A DNA stretch of 64,000 bases, from contig CANLXM010000003.1 in assembly GCA_947495165.1 (NCBI GenBank), forward strand, positions 468,041 to 532,040, written 5' to 3'. Numbering within the stretch: position 1 is the stretch's first letter; each line of letters opens with the position of its first letter. A program made the position numbers and the translations under genes. The notes beneath the pieces are model-generated. The model worked only from the letters and a program-made list of their open reading frames with translations, ran no database searches and was not told where the DNA came from. Positions 18,403 to 29,416 of the stretch are shown here, piece after piece. The stretch is from an uncultured Cellulomonadaceae bacterium (lineage in GTDB: Bacteria > Actinomycetota > Actinomycetes > Actinomycetales > Cellulomonadaceae).

Positions 18403-19061
18403 ACTACTCGAAGGCAACGCCGTGGATCCTGGGAGCGACGCTCCTCGCGATCGTCATGCTGGCAGGGATGTGGTTCTTCGCCGTCTCGCCCGAGCTCGAG
18501 GCAGCCGCTGAGAGTCGCGAGCAGGCCGAGAGCCAGCGTGCGAACAACGAGATCCTCGAGGCGCAGAACCGCAAGCTCGCTCAGCAGTTCGAGGAGCTCC
18601 CAGCACTGCGCACCGAGCTCGACGCGTTCCGGGTGGGCATTCCCGGCGTGCTTGACCAGGCTGGGTTCAGCGACGAGCTGGCCAGGCTGGAGAAGGAGTC
18701 AGGGGCATTCGTCCTCTCGGTGGAGTTCTCGACGTCGAACGTCATCACTGCGGAGACTGCAGGGCCTGTCGTCGATGTCCCTCAGGGCATGTACGCCATA
18801 CCCGTCGTCGTGACAGTGCTCGGCGCTGCCGAAGACACGTTGGCGTACCTCGACGGACTACAGCGCGAGACGGATCGGTTCTTCTTCGTCTCGACCATGG
18901 CGGCCACAGCGCAGGACGAGGCTGGTGCCTCCGGCGGCCGGCCCGAGACCAAGGACGGCGACCTCGAGATCGCGATCAACGGCTACGTGTACGTCCTGGA
19001 CGGTGCGATGACGTCTGCCGACACGACCGCGGGCGTCCCCGCAGGTGAACCGGCGAACTGA
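18399..19061 (+). CDS. pilO: PilO-like pilus alignment protein
   Basis: GTGA overlap with pilN. TM helix, coiled-coil (ESREQAESQRANNEILEAQNRKLAQQFEEL), then a C-terminal alpha/beta domain. Confidence 0.75.
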   Translation: MNYSKATPWILGATLLAIVMLAGMWFFAVSPELEAAAESREQAESQRANNEILEAQNRKLAQQFEELPALRTELDAFRVGIPGVLDQAGFSDELARLEKESGAFVLSVEFSTSNVITAETAGPVVDVPQGMYAIPVVVTVLGAAEDTLAYLDGLQRETDRFFFVSTMAATAQDEAGASGGRPETKDGDLEIAINGYVYVLDGAMTSADTTAGVPAGEPAN

Positions 19062-19187
19062 CGCCTCCTGATGCCCGGGTGACGGCATGGTCCGTCGCTC
19101 GGGCGTCAGCGCGTCAAGCACCATCGCGTCGCGTCCGCCCACCGGGCACGCGGTCGGCGCTCCGCGGCTGCGTGACAGAATCGCGGC

Positions 19188-20405
19188 ATGCTGCGCTGGA
19201 TGACATCAGGTGAGTCTCATGGTCAGGCCCTCGTCGGGATGCTCGAGGGGCTACCTGCCGGTGTCGAGGTCGTGACCGCCGACATCCAGGCGGCTCTCGC
19301 TCGGCGCCGCCTCGGCCACGGCCGAGGCGCTCGGATGAAGTTCGAGCAGGACGAGGTCCGGGTGCTCGCAGGACTGCGCCACGGGGTGACGCAAGGAGGC
19401 CCGCTCGCGATCGAGATCGGCAACACGGAGTGGCCGAAGTGGACCGATGTCATGTCGGCTGACCCCGTCCCGGCCGAGGCGCTCCACGTGGATGCCGGGA
19501 CCGGTGATGTGCGGGAGATCGCACGTAACCGACCATTGACCCGTCCCCGTCCGGGCCACGCGGACCTGGTCGGGATGCGCAAGTACGGCTTCGACGACGC
19601 CAGGCCGGTTCTGGAGCGCGCCTCTGCGCGGGAGACCGCGACGCGTGTGGCGCTCGGCACGGTCGCCGCCAACTTCCTCGAGCAGACGCTGGGTGTCCGT
19701 CTGGTCTCGCACGTCGTGAGCATCGGCCCCGTGTCGGTGCCTGACGACGCCGAGCTTCCGACCCCGGACGCCGTCGCTGCCCTCGACGCCGACCCGGTCC
19801 GTTGCTTCGACGCACCGTCGTCTGACGCGATGGTGGCGCTCATCGATCAGTGCCACAAGGACGGGGACACTCTCGGCGGTGTCGTCGAGGTCCTGGCGTA
19901 CGGCGTGCCCTCCGGCCTCGGGACGTACGTCCACGCCGACCGCCGCCTCGATGCCCGCCTCGCCGCGGCGATCATGGGCATCCAAGCGTTCAAGGGCGTG
20001 GAGATCGGCGACGGTTTCCGCACGGCCGCCCGCCGCGGGTCCGCCGCTCACGACGAGATCGTCCGTGGCGACGACGGGACGCTGCAACGCCTGTCGAACC
20101 GCGCAGGAGGCGTCGAGGGCGGCATGTCCAACGGCGAGGTCCTGCGCGTCCGGGGGGCGATGAAGCCCATCTCCACCGTTCCTCGCGCCCTGCGCACGGT
20201 CGACGTGGCGACCGGCGAACCGAGTCAGGCCCAGCACCAGCGGTCCGACGTGTGCGCGGTTCCGCCCGCTGCCGTGGTCGCTGAGGCGATGGTCGCGCTC
20301 GTCCTGGCGGAGGCGGCGATCGAGAAGTTCGGCGGGGACAGCGTCGCGGAGACCGCCCGCAATGCTCGGGCCTACCTGGACGCGATCCCGGAGTCCCTGC
20401 GCTGA
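19188..20405 (+). CDS. aroC: chorismate synthase
   Basis: [25 protein letters not shown] and GGMSNG motifs. 405 aa. Confidence 0.96.
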   Translation: MLRWMTSGESHGQALVGMLEGLPAGVEVVTADIQAALARRRLGHGRGARMKFEQDEVRVLAGLRHGVTQGGPLAIEIGNTEWPKWTDVMSADPVPAEALHVDAGTGDVREIARNRPLTRPRPGHADLVGMRKYGFDDARPVLERASARETATRVALGTVAANFLEQTLGVRLVSHVVSIGPVSVPDDAELPTPDAVAALDADPVRCFDAPSSDAMVALIDQCHKDGDTLGGVVEVLAYGVPSGLGTYVHADRRLDARLAAAIMGIQAFKGVEIGDGFRTAARRGSAAHDEIVRGDDGTLQRLSNRAGGVEGGMSNGEVLRVRGAMKPISTVPRALRTVDVATGEPSQAQHQRSDVCAVPPAAVVAEAMVALVLAEAAIEKFGGDSVAETARNARAYLDAIPESLR

Positions 20406-20423
20406 GCCGGTAGCCTCGATCTC

Positions 20424-20987
20424 GTGCCCGCCCCCACTTCGCCCTCCGGCCCTCGCGTCGTCCTCGCCGGCCCGCCCGGCGCGGGCAAGTCGACCGTCGC
20501 CGCCGCCCTGGCCCGCCTGACCGGCTGGACCGTGCGTGACACGGACGACGACGTCGTCGCGACCGCCGGCAAGCCCGTCACCGAGATCTTCGTCGACGAC
20601 GGCGAGCCGCACTTCCGCGACCTGGAGCGCGCCGCTGTCGCCGCCGCGATCGCCGAGCACGACGGGATCGTTGCCCTCGGCGGGGGAGCCGTGCTCGCCC
20701 CGGAGTCCCAGGCGGTGCTGGCCAGCTACGCGAACCGGGGCGGCGTCGTCGTCTTCCTCGACGTGTCGTTGGCGCACGCCGCACCGCGCGTCGGGTTCAA
20801 CCGCTCGAGGCCGCTGCTGCTCGGGAACCCGCGCGCGCAGTGGCAGCAGCTCATGGACGCGCGCCGCCCGGTGTACGAGGCGGTCGCGACGCTGCGGGTG
20901 CTGACCGACGGGCGCAGCCAGCACGAGATCGCCCGCGAGATCTTGGACGCCCTCGAGAGCGCCCCGACCACCGAGGAGAACGCCTGA
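20424..20987 (+). CDS. aroK: shikimate kinase
   Basis: Walker [13 protein letters not shown] and GGGAV motifs. Confidence 0.92.
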   Translation: MPAPTSPSGPRVVLAGPPGAGKSTVAAALARLTGWTVRDTDDDVVATAGKPVTEIFVDDGEPHFRDLERAAVAAAIAEHDGIVALGGGAVLAPESQAVLASYANRGGVVVFLDVSLAHAAPRVGFNRSRPLLLGNPRAQWQQLMDARRPVYEAVATLRVLTDGRSQHEIAREILDALESAPTTEENA

Positions 20988-22105
20988 TGACCACCGCCCG
21001 CGTCCGTGTCGAGGGCGACGCGCCCTACGACGTCGTCATCGGCCGCCACCTGCTCGGCGAGCTGCCCGCGATGCTGGGGGACAAGGTCCGCAAGGTCCTC
21101 ATCGTGCACCCGACGTCGCTGCTCACCACGGCTGACACCGTCCGCGACGACCTGATCGCGCAGGGCTACGAGGCGATCCAGGCCGAGGTCCCCGACGCCG
21201 AGGAGTCCAAGACCGCGCAGGTCGCGGCGTTCTGCTGGCAGGTCCTCGGCCAGGCCGACTTCACCCGCTCCGACGCCGTCGTGACCATCGGCGGGGGAGC
21301 GACCACCGACCTCGGCGGCTTCGTCGCCGCCACGTGGCTGCGCGGCATCAAGGTCGTGCACGTCCCGACGACGCTGCTCGCCATGGTGGACGCGGCCGTC
21401 GGCGGCAAGACCGGCATCAACACCGCGGAGGGCAAGAACCTCGTCGGCGCGTTCTACCCGCCCGCGGGCGTGCTGTGCGACCTCGCCGCCCTGGAGACGC
21501 TTCCGCGCTGGGACTTCGTGGCCGGGCTGGCCGAAGTCATCAAGTGCGGTTTCGTCGCCGACGAGCGCGTGCTCACGCTCGTCGAGGAGCACGCCGGCGC
21601 ACTCACGCAGGGCGCGTCCGCCACGCCGGACGACGTGCTGACCGAGCTCGTGCAGCGCGCGGTGCAGTGGAAGGCCGACGTCGTCGCGCGCGACCTCAAG
21701 GAAGCCGGCGACCGCGAGTTCCTGAACTACGGGCACACGCTCGGGCACGCGATCGAGCTCGTCGAGCGGTTCGCGTGGCGCCACGGCGCCGCCGTCTCGG
21801 TCGGCATGGTGTTCGCGGCCGAGCTTGCGCGCCTGGCCGGCAAGCTGGACGACGCCGTCGTAGACCGTCACCGCGCGGTCCTCACCTCGGTCGGCCTCCC
21901 GGTCACCTACCGCGGTGACCGCTGGGAGCAGCTGCTCGGGGCGATGCGGCGGGACAAGAAGAGTCGCGGTGCCGTGCTCCGCTTCGTCGTGCTCGACGAC
22001 GTCGGGCGGCCCACGCGGCTCGAGGGTCCGGACCCGACGCTTCTGGCCGCGGCGTACGCGGAGATCTCGTCCGAGGCCCCGGGGAGCCGCGCGGTCTCCC
22101 TCTGA
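20987..22105 (+). CDS. aroB: 3-dehydroquinate synthase
   Basis: ATG at 20987 overlaps the aroK stop. [41 protein letters not shown]. The ORF-track start at 20840 is inside aroK. Confidence 0.95.
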   Translation: MTTARVRVEGDAPYDVVIGRHLLGELPAMLGDKVRKVLIVHPTSLLTTADTVRDDLIAQGYEAIQAEVPDAEESKTAQVAAFCWQVLGQADFTRSDAVVTIGGGATTDLGGFVAATWLRGIKVVHVPTTLLAMVDAAVGGKTGINTAEGKNLVGAFYPPAGVLCDLAALETLPRWDFVAGLAEVIKCGFVADERVLTLVEEHAGALTQGASATPDDVLTELVQRAVQWKADVVARDLKEAGDREFLNYGHTLGHAIELVERFAWRHGAAVSVGMVFAAELARLAGKLDDAVVDRHRAVLTSVGLPVTYRGDRWEQLLGAMRRDKKSRGAVLRFVVLDDVGRPTRLEGPDPTLLAAAYAEISSEAPGSRAVSL

Positions 22106-22149
22106 GACCGGCGCCGTCGTCGGGCACGGGCCCCGCTAGGGTGTGCGGC

Positions 22150-22581
22150 ATGAGCCGCGTCCTCGTCCTCAACGGTCCCAACCTCGGTCGCCTCGGGGTG
22201 CGGGAACCCGACGTCTACGGCGCCCTGTCCTTCGCGGACCTCGTCGCGGCGGCGGACGGCTGGGGCCGCGAGCTCGGCCTTGAGGTCGAGGTGCGCCAGA
22301 CCGACGACGAGTCGGCCCTCGTCGGCTGGCTGCACGAGGCCGTCGACGCCCGGCACGACGTCGTGCTCAACCCCGCGGCATTCACGCACTACTCCTACGC
22401 GCTGCGCGACGCCGCGGCGCAGGTCACCAAGGCCGGGCTGCGTCTGGTCGAGGTGCACATCTCGAACCCCTACGCGCGCGAGACCTTCCGCCACACGTCG
22501 GTCATCGGCCCGGTCGCGACGGGCACGATCGCCGGCTTCGGCTTCGAGAGCTACCACCTGGCCCTCCGCGCCCTCACGTGA
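22150..22581 (+). CDS. aroQ: type II 3-dehydroquinate dehydratase
   Basis: [44 protein letters not shown]. Confidence 0.95.
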   Translation: MSRVLVLNGPNLGRLGVREPDVYGALSFADLVAAADGWGRELGLEVEVRQTDDESALVGWLHEAVDARHDVVLNPAAFTHYSYALRDAAAQVTKAGLRLVEVHISNPYARETFRHTSVIGPVATGTIAGFGFESYHLALRALT

Positions 22582-22663
22582 CCCTCCCCCCTAGATCAGT
22601 TTTCCGCCGGGAATCACGATTTGTGTGAGCGGTTTGGAGGAAAACTGGGCCAGGTAGGGGTGA

Positions 22664-23569
22664 TCAGACCCTGCCCAGGCGCGTCAGCATCGCCGCGACC
22701 TGATGGACCACCATCGCCTCGCGGCTGGTCAGGTCCTCCCACGTGAACCGAAGCACGGTATAGCCAGCGGCCACCAGACGGTTCTGCCGCGTCCGGTCGG
22801 CCTGGAATCGGTCCGGGCCGTGCGCTCGGCGCCCGTCGACCTCGATCACCAGCCGCTCCCGTGCGAACAGGACGTCCGCCCACCCCGCTGTGCCGACGGC
22901 GTCGCGGATCGGCGCGTTGGCCTCCCATCCTGTGATGCCAGCCCGGCGAAGCAGGTCGACGAGCAGCCGCTCGCCGGCGCTGAGGACACCGTCGGCGGTG
23001 GCTTCGAGCAGCGCGAGCAGGCGCTTGTTGCCCCAGGCGCGAGGCGAGGGGCGCTCCAGCTCCTGGACGACGTCGTCACGGGTGAGCCGACGCCGGGTCA
23101 CCAGCCAGGCGAACAGGTCGCGCCCGGAGTCGTGAGGGAGCATCCGCAGCGTGTCGAGGTAGCTCCGCCGAGGCTTCGTGATGCGCAGACCGTGCGCGGT
23201 GACGATCTGCGTGCGGTCGAGGTCGAAGGCGTGCTGAGCGATACGCCACCGACCGCGGTGGCGTCGTGCGTCCCAGACGTGCGCGACGTCGTCGGGCATC
23301 TCGGGTGCACCGTAGACGGCCGCAGCGCTCGGGCCGCACACGACCGCAGCAGGCCATGTGAGGTGCGCGGACCACGCCATGACGAGGGGAGTCGGCGGCG
23401 TGCCGCTCGCGACGAGGCCATCACCTGCGACCCGCGCCCACGCCCTGGTGCGCAGGCGGTAGGACACCTGCTGGCGCGTCAGCCCGCTCTCGACCGCCTG
23501 GTTCGTCGTGAACACACCGTGCTGGTGCTCGGCCGCGACGGGGGTCCAGGAGAGAGGCACGCGAGGCAT
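22664..23569 (-). CDS. DUF559 (Vsr-like endonuclease fold) protein with an AbiEi_4-like N-terminal wHTH
   Basis: N-terminus HGVFTTNQAVESGLTRQQVSYRLRTRAW. C-terminus RERLVIEVDGRRAHG..DRTRQNRLVAAGYTVLRFTWEDL is typical DUF559. The start is taken at MPRVPLS. The ORF can extend to 23617. Confidence 0.75.
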   Translation of the reverse strand: MPRVPLSWTPVAAEHQHGVFTTNQAVESGLTRQQVSYRLRTRAWARVAGDGLVASGTPPTPLVMAWSAHLTWPAAVVCGPSAAAVYGAPEMPDDVAHVWDARRHRGRWRIAQHAFDLDRTQIVTAHGLRITKPRRSYLDTLRMLPHDSGRDLFAWLVTRRRLTRDDVVQELERPSPRAWGNKRLLALLEATADGVLSAGERLLVDLLRRAGITGWEANAPIRDAVGTAGWADVLFARERLVIEVDGRRAHGPDRFQADRTRQNRLVAAGYTVLRFTWEDLTSREAMVVHQVAAMLTRLGRV

Positions 23570-23674
23570 GGTGCGAGCATGAACATGTCTCGCACCGGTG
23601 GTGCTCCCTGGGACCACGCCTGTGGATGCGTGCCTCCGAGCGTGCGTCTGTGGAGGGGCCGGCGGGGCTCGCGC

Positions 23675-24088
23675 TCAGAGGAGCCGCAGGCCTTGTATCG
23701 CTGCGAGCCCCACGACCGCCGCCCACAGCATCGACGCGAGCGTGCCGATCACGAACCGCTCCGACACTCCCGGGTTGTCCTTGATCTCGGGGTAGCGTCC
23801 CAGGCCCTTGACGGCCACGACGACGGCGATCGCGGCCGGGTAGCCGACCATGATGCTCGCGGTGATGGCGAACCGCTCGAGGGTGCCGATCCAGGCTCCG
23901 CCGCGCAGGACGCGCGCGGCCGAGTCGATCGAGTCGCCGGCCTTGGCGTCGGGCGTGTCCTCGGACCGTTGCGCCGCCGCGAGGACGGACTTGGCGACGA
24001 GGCCGCCCAACCAGACGGAGACGGCGAGCGCGACCACGGCGATGCCCGCGCTCAGCGCCCAGTCGGCGACGGTCCAGTCCTCGGTCAC
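23675..24088 (-). CDS. small integral membrane protein (about 4 TM, possibly DUF3307-like)
   Basis: GTGA overlap with the upstream SatD-like gene. Hydrophobic segments and a GGAWIGTLERFAI motif. The family assignment comes from memory only. Confidence 0.6.
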   Translation of the reverse strand: MTEDWTVADWALSAGIAVVALAVSVWLGGLVAKSVLAAAQRSEDTPDAKAGDSIDSAARVLRGGAWIGTLERFAITASIMVGYPAAIAVVVAVKGLGRYPEIKDNPGVSERFVIGTLASMLWAAVVGLAAIQGLRLL

Positions 24089-24696
24089 GCGGGTCTCCGA
24101 TCACTGTCTGCAGCAGCGAGGAGCTGCTCGGCCACGGGCAGTATCGCAGTCTCCTCTGACCACATCGCGGCTTTGAGGCGCTGGTTCACGGCCTGCGGTG
24201 AGATGCCGAGTGCGCGAGCGACCTCGGCCTGGGTGACGTCTGGCCGTGTGACGAGGGCGTCGACGACCTCCCACCCGGCGCTCGAACGGCGCGCGATCAG
24301 CGCGCCGACCAGCTGGAGCACGGCCTCGACGTCGTCGCTGTGGGGCCCCTCGACGGCGAGGGCGACGGTCGTCGCCTTGGTCTTGGCGCGCTCGACGGCC
24401 GCGCGGGCACGGAGGAAGGCCGGGCCGGTGGCCGCGCGCACGCTGGTGGGGAGCGGTGTGTGCACCGGTCCGATGCCGACGCCGATGTTCCAGGAGCCTG
24501 AGCGGACCGCGGTGCGCACGACGGCGAGGGCGCCCGTGGGCGTCGAGCAGAGGCCTTGGATCTCGTCCCCGACCGTGCGCTCGAACGCTAGCGGTACGGC
24601 GTCCTCGGGCACTGCGGCGGCGAGGGCGGCGAGGAGCTCGGGCACACGGTCGGCCGTGGAACGGGACCGTTGCTGGTCGATCGTCAGGACGAACAT
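24085..24696 (-). CDS. SatD-like protein: degenerate nucleotidyl-cyclase-like N-domain plus a C-terminal HTH
   Basis: N-terminus MFVLTIDQQRSRS..VGDEIQGL, C-terminus TQAEVARALGISPQAVNQRLK (HTH). 203 aa, with good GC3 on the minus strand. Confidence 0.65.
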   Translation of the reverse strand: MFVLTIDQQRSRSTADRVPELLAALAAAVPEDAVPLAFERTVGDEIQGLCSTPTGALAVVRTAVRSGSWNIGVGIGPVHTPLPTSVRAATGPAFLRARAAVERAKTKATTVALAVEGPHSDDVEAVLQLVGALIARRSSAGWEVVDALVTRPDVTQAEVARALGISPQAVNQRLKAAMWSEETAILPVAEQLLAAADSDRRPA

Positions 24697-24698
24697 GC

Positions 24699-24746
24699 AT
24701 CAAGCCTAAGACCTTGATCTGATCAAATCAAGCCTCTGGCCTTGAT
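24699..24746. promoter_or_regulatory. array of ATCAAG/CTTGAT hexamer palindromes (candidate operator) in the divergent SatD-like/efp intergenic region
   Basis: ATCAAGCCT-n4-CCTTGAT at 24699-24718 and again at 24727-24746, bridged by TTGATC-T-GATCAA at 24714-24726. The region is locally AT-richer. Confidence 0.45.
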
Positions 24747-24897
24747 TCCCCAAGTCCGCTCGCCGCACTTCTCCGCACTCTCGCTCACGCAGCGTGCGAA
24801 TCCCGGCGGAAAATCGACTGGGGAGGGGCGCGCTCGGGGGCGGCGAGTGCAGCAGGTAGGATGGGGCGGCTTGTTTACCTCGACAGGAAGATGCAAC

Positions 24898-25461
24898 GTG
24901 GCCACCACCAACGACATCAAGAACGGCACCGTGCTCAGGATCGACGGCCAGCTCTGGACCGTCATCGAGTTCCAGCACGTCAAGCCCGGCAAGGGTGGCG
25001 CCTTCGTCCGCACCAAGATGAAGAACGTGACCTCCGGCAAGTCCGTCGACCGCACGTTCAACGCTGGCCTGAAGATCGAGACGGCCAACGTCGACAAGCG
25101 CGACATGCAGTACCTGTACAAGGACGGCGAGGACTTCATCTTCATGGACACCTCGACCTACGACCAGATGCCGGTCTCGGCCGCTGTCGTGGGGGACGCC
25201 GTCAACTACATGCTGGAGAACCTCACGGTCACGGTCGCGACGAACGACGGCATCCCGTTGTACGTCGAGCTGCCTGCGTCCGTCGTCCTCGAGATCACGT
25301 ACACCGAGCCCGGCCTCCAGGGCGACCGTTCGACCGGCGGCACCAAGCCCGCCACGGTCGAGACGGGCGCGGAGATCCAGGTTCCGCTCTTCCTCGAGCA
25401 GGGTACGAAGGTCAAGGTCGACACTCGCGACGGCAGCTACCTGGGCCGCGTGACCGACTGA
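24898..25461 (+). CDS. efp: elongation factor P
   Basis: GTG at 24898. [37 protein letters not shown]. 187 aa. The upstream part of the ORF-track entry is non-coding. Confidence 0.96.
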   Translation: MATTNDIKNGTVLRIDGQLWTVIEFQHVKPGKGGAFVRTKMKNVTSGKSVDRTFNAGLKIETANVDKRDMQYLYKDGEDFIFMDTSTYDQMPVSAAVVGDAVNYMLENLTVTVATNDGIPLYVELPASVVLEITYTEPGLQGDRSTGGTKPATVETGAEIQVPLFLEQGTKVKVDTRDGSYLGRVTD

Positions 25462-25462
25462 C

Positions 25463-25879
25463 GTGGGAGCCCGGACCAAGGCCCGCAAGCGGGCGCTCGA
25501 CGTGCTCTTCGAGGCGGAGCAGCGTGCGGTCGATCCCGCCGTCCTCCTCGCGGACCGCATCGCCCAGCCCGGCACCGAGACCGCGCTGCCGCAGTACTCC
25601 GTCGACATCGTCGAGGGCGTGCTGGGGCGTCGGGACCGGATCGACGAGGTGCTCGAGACGTACTCCCACGGGTGGACGCTCGAGCGCATGCCGGCGGTCG
25701 ACCGGGCGCTCCTGCGCATCGCGACGTGGGAGATCCTGTTCAACGACGAGGTCCCTGACCCCGTCGCGATCGACGAGGCCGTAGAGCTCGCGACCGGCTT
25801 GTCCACGGACGAGTCGCCGTCGTTCATCAACGGTCTGCTCGCTCGGATCCTGGACCTGAAGCCGACGCTGCTCGGATGA
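25463..25879 (+). CDS. nusB: transcription antitermination factor NusB
   Basis: ARKRALDVLFEAE, AVDRALLRIATWE, EAVELA..FINGLL. Confidence 0.93.
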   Translation: MGARTKARKRALDVLFEAEQRAVDPAVLLADRIAQPGTETALPQYSVDIVEGVLGRRDRIDEVLETYSHGWTLERMPAVDRALLRIATWEILFNDEVPDPVAIDEAVELATGLSTDESPSFINGLLARILDLKPTLLG

Positions 25880-25892
25880 CGCCCAGGCACTG

Positions 25893-25924
25893 ACGGCCCC
25901 GCACCCTCCTGGGTGCGGGGCCGT
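25893..25924 (+). terminator. intrinsic terminator-like hairpin after nusB
   Basis: acggccccgcaccc / gggtgcggggccgt, a 14-bp perfect stem with a tcct loop. Confidence 0.6.
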
Positions 25925-26005
25925 CTCCGTTCGGGGCGAGCCCCGGGCGCTCGGGAGGGACCTTTGCGGCGCTAACCTACGCTCCCGTAGGTTAATGTGT
26001 TGCGC

Positions 26006-27742
26006 ATGGCATCAGCGTTCGACCACCGGCCCTGGCTCAGCACCTACGCACCCGGCGTCGCTCCCGACGTGCCGGTCGCGGACGAGGCGCTGACGGCGCC
26101 GATCGAGCGCAACGCACGCGAGTTCGGCCAGCGCGTCGCCCTCGACTTCATGGGCCGCACGACGACGTACGCGGCCCTCGCGCACGAGGTCGCCCGCGGC
26201 GCGGCGGCCCTCCTCGAGCTCGGTGTCCGCAAGGGCGACCGCGTCGCGATCGCACTGCCGAACTGCACCACCCACGTCGTGACCTTCTACGCCGCGCTGC
26301 GCATTGGCGCAGTCGTCGTGGAGCACAACCCGACGTACTCCGAGGTCGAGCTCGAGCACCAGCTCGCCGACTCCGGCGCGACCGTCGCGATCGCCTGGGA
26401 GCCGACGGCGGCGCGCATCGCCGCGGTGCAGGACCGGACCGACGTGCGCACCGTGGTCGCCGTCGACCTGTCCCGCGACCTGCCGGCCCTCAAGCGCTTC
26501 CTGCTGACCCTGCCGATCGCCAAGGCGCGCGAGACCCGCGCGTCGATGCGCGGCGAGATCCCCGCGGGCGTCGTGCGCTGGGAGCACCTGGTCAAGGGCG
26601 TGGCCCCGCTGTCGACGTCGGCGCCCCACCCGGAGCCCGGCGACCTCGCGCTCCTGCAGTACACGGGCGGCACCACGGGGACGCCCAAGGGAGCGATGCT
26701 CACGCACGCCAATCTCGTGACGAACGCGCGTCAGGGCCAGGAGTGGACCCAGATGGGCGGCACGGACGACGACGGCGTCCCGCGCCGCGCCGAGACCGTG
26801 TACGGCGTGCTGCCGTTCTTCCACGCGTTCGGGCTCACCCTCTGCCTGAGCTTCACGCTTCGCGTGGGCGCGACGCTCGTGCTGTTCCCCAAGTTCGACG
26901 TCGACTCGGTCCTCGAGGCCCAGAAGCGCCGGCCCGGCACGTTCCTGCCCGCGGTCCCGCCCATGCTCGAGCGCCTCGCGAAGCGCGCGGTCGAGACCGG
27001 CGCCGACATCTCGACGTTCCAGTACGCGATCTGCGGTGCGATGCCCCTGAGCGGCGAGGTCGCCCAGCTCTGGGAGCAGGCCACGGGAGGCCTCGCGATC
27101 GAGGGCTACGGCATGACGGAGACGTCACCGGTCGCCCTCGGCAACCCGACGAGCCCTGCGCGCCAGCCCGGCCGGCTCGGGCTGCCCTTCCCGTCGACGT
27201 ACATCCGCATCACCGACCAGGAGGACCCGCGCCGCGAGGTCGAGATCGGCGAGCGCGGGGAGCTGCTGATCGCCGGGCCGCAGGTGTTCCCGGGCTACTG
27301 GCAGCGGCCCGAGGAGAGCGCCGAGGTGCTCGTCGAGATCGACGGCCGCACCTGGCTGCGCACCGGTGACGTGGTCGTGATGCACGACGACGGCTTCGTC
27401 GAGCTCGTGGACCGGATCAAGGAGATGATCATCACCGGCGGCTTCAAGGTGTACCCCTCGCAGGTCGAGGAGCACCTGCGGCGCATGCCCGGGGTCGAGG
27501 ACGTCGCCGTCGTCGGCATCCCCGGGGGCGACCTGGGAGAGAAGGTCGTCGCGGCGATCGTGCTCGCCAAGGACGCGGTGCACGTGGACCTGGAAGCGGT
27601 GCGCGCGTGGTCGAGCGAGCGCCTCGCGCGGTACGCGATCCCCAAGCAGCTGGAGATCGTCAAGGAGCTGCCGCGGTCACAGATCGGCAAGGTCCTGCGT
27701 CGCGTCGTCCGCGAGGGCATCCTCAAGCGTCCCGCGGAGTAG
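26006..27742 (+). CDS. long-chain fatty acid--CoA ligase (AMP-binding family)
   Basis: AMP-binding motif LQYTGGTTGTPKGAMLTHANL, plus YGMTETSP, GDVV..DGF and ITGGFKVYP. The GTG at 25997 is an alternative start. Confidence 0.9.
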   Translation: MASAFDHRPWLSTYAPGVAPDVPVADEALTAPIERNAREFGQRVALDFMGRTTTYAALAHEVARGAAALLELGVRKGDRVAIALPNCTTHVVTFYAALRIGAVVVEHNPTYSEVELEHQLADSGATVAIAWEPTAARIAAVQDRTDVRTVVAVDLSRDLPALKRFLLTLPIAKARETRASMRGEIPAGVVRWEHLVKGVAPLSTSAPHPEPGDLALLQYTGGTTGTPKGAMLTHANLVTNARQGQEWTQMGGTDDDGVPRRAETVYGVLPFFHAFGLTLCLSFTLRVGATLVLFPKFDVDSVLEAQKRRPGTFLPAVPPMLERLAKRAVETGADISTFQYAICGAMPLSGEVAQLWEQATGGLAIEGYGMTETSPVALGNPTSPARQPGRLGLPFPSTYIRITDQEDPRREVEIGERGELLIAGPQVFPGYWQRPEESAEVLVEIDGRTWLRTGDVVVMHDDGFVELVDRIKEMIITGGFKVYPSQVEEHLRRMPGVEDVAVVGIPGGDLGEKVVAAIVLAKDAVHVDLEAVRAWSSERLARYAIPKQLEIVKELPRSQIGKVLRRVVREGILKRPAE

Positions 27743-27814
27743 CGTCACGCCCGAGGTGTGGACACCTTGCGGAGCCACCTCCGCGCAGGGCTAGCATCGG
27801 TCTTCGACAGACAT

Positions 27815-29412
<1,598 letters not shown>

Positions 29413-29416
<4 letters not shown>

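Noticed and set aside
22703-24709. 668-aa + strand ORF covering the whole aroQ-efp islet
   Set aside because: The minus-strand genes have recognisable domains (DUF559 C-terminus, HTH, TM helices) and better codon bias. The + strand translation is Arg/Pro/Gly-rich with no features.
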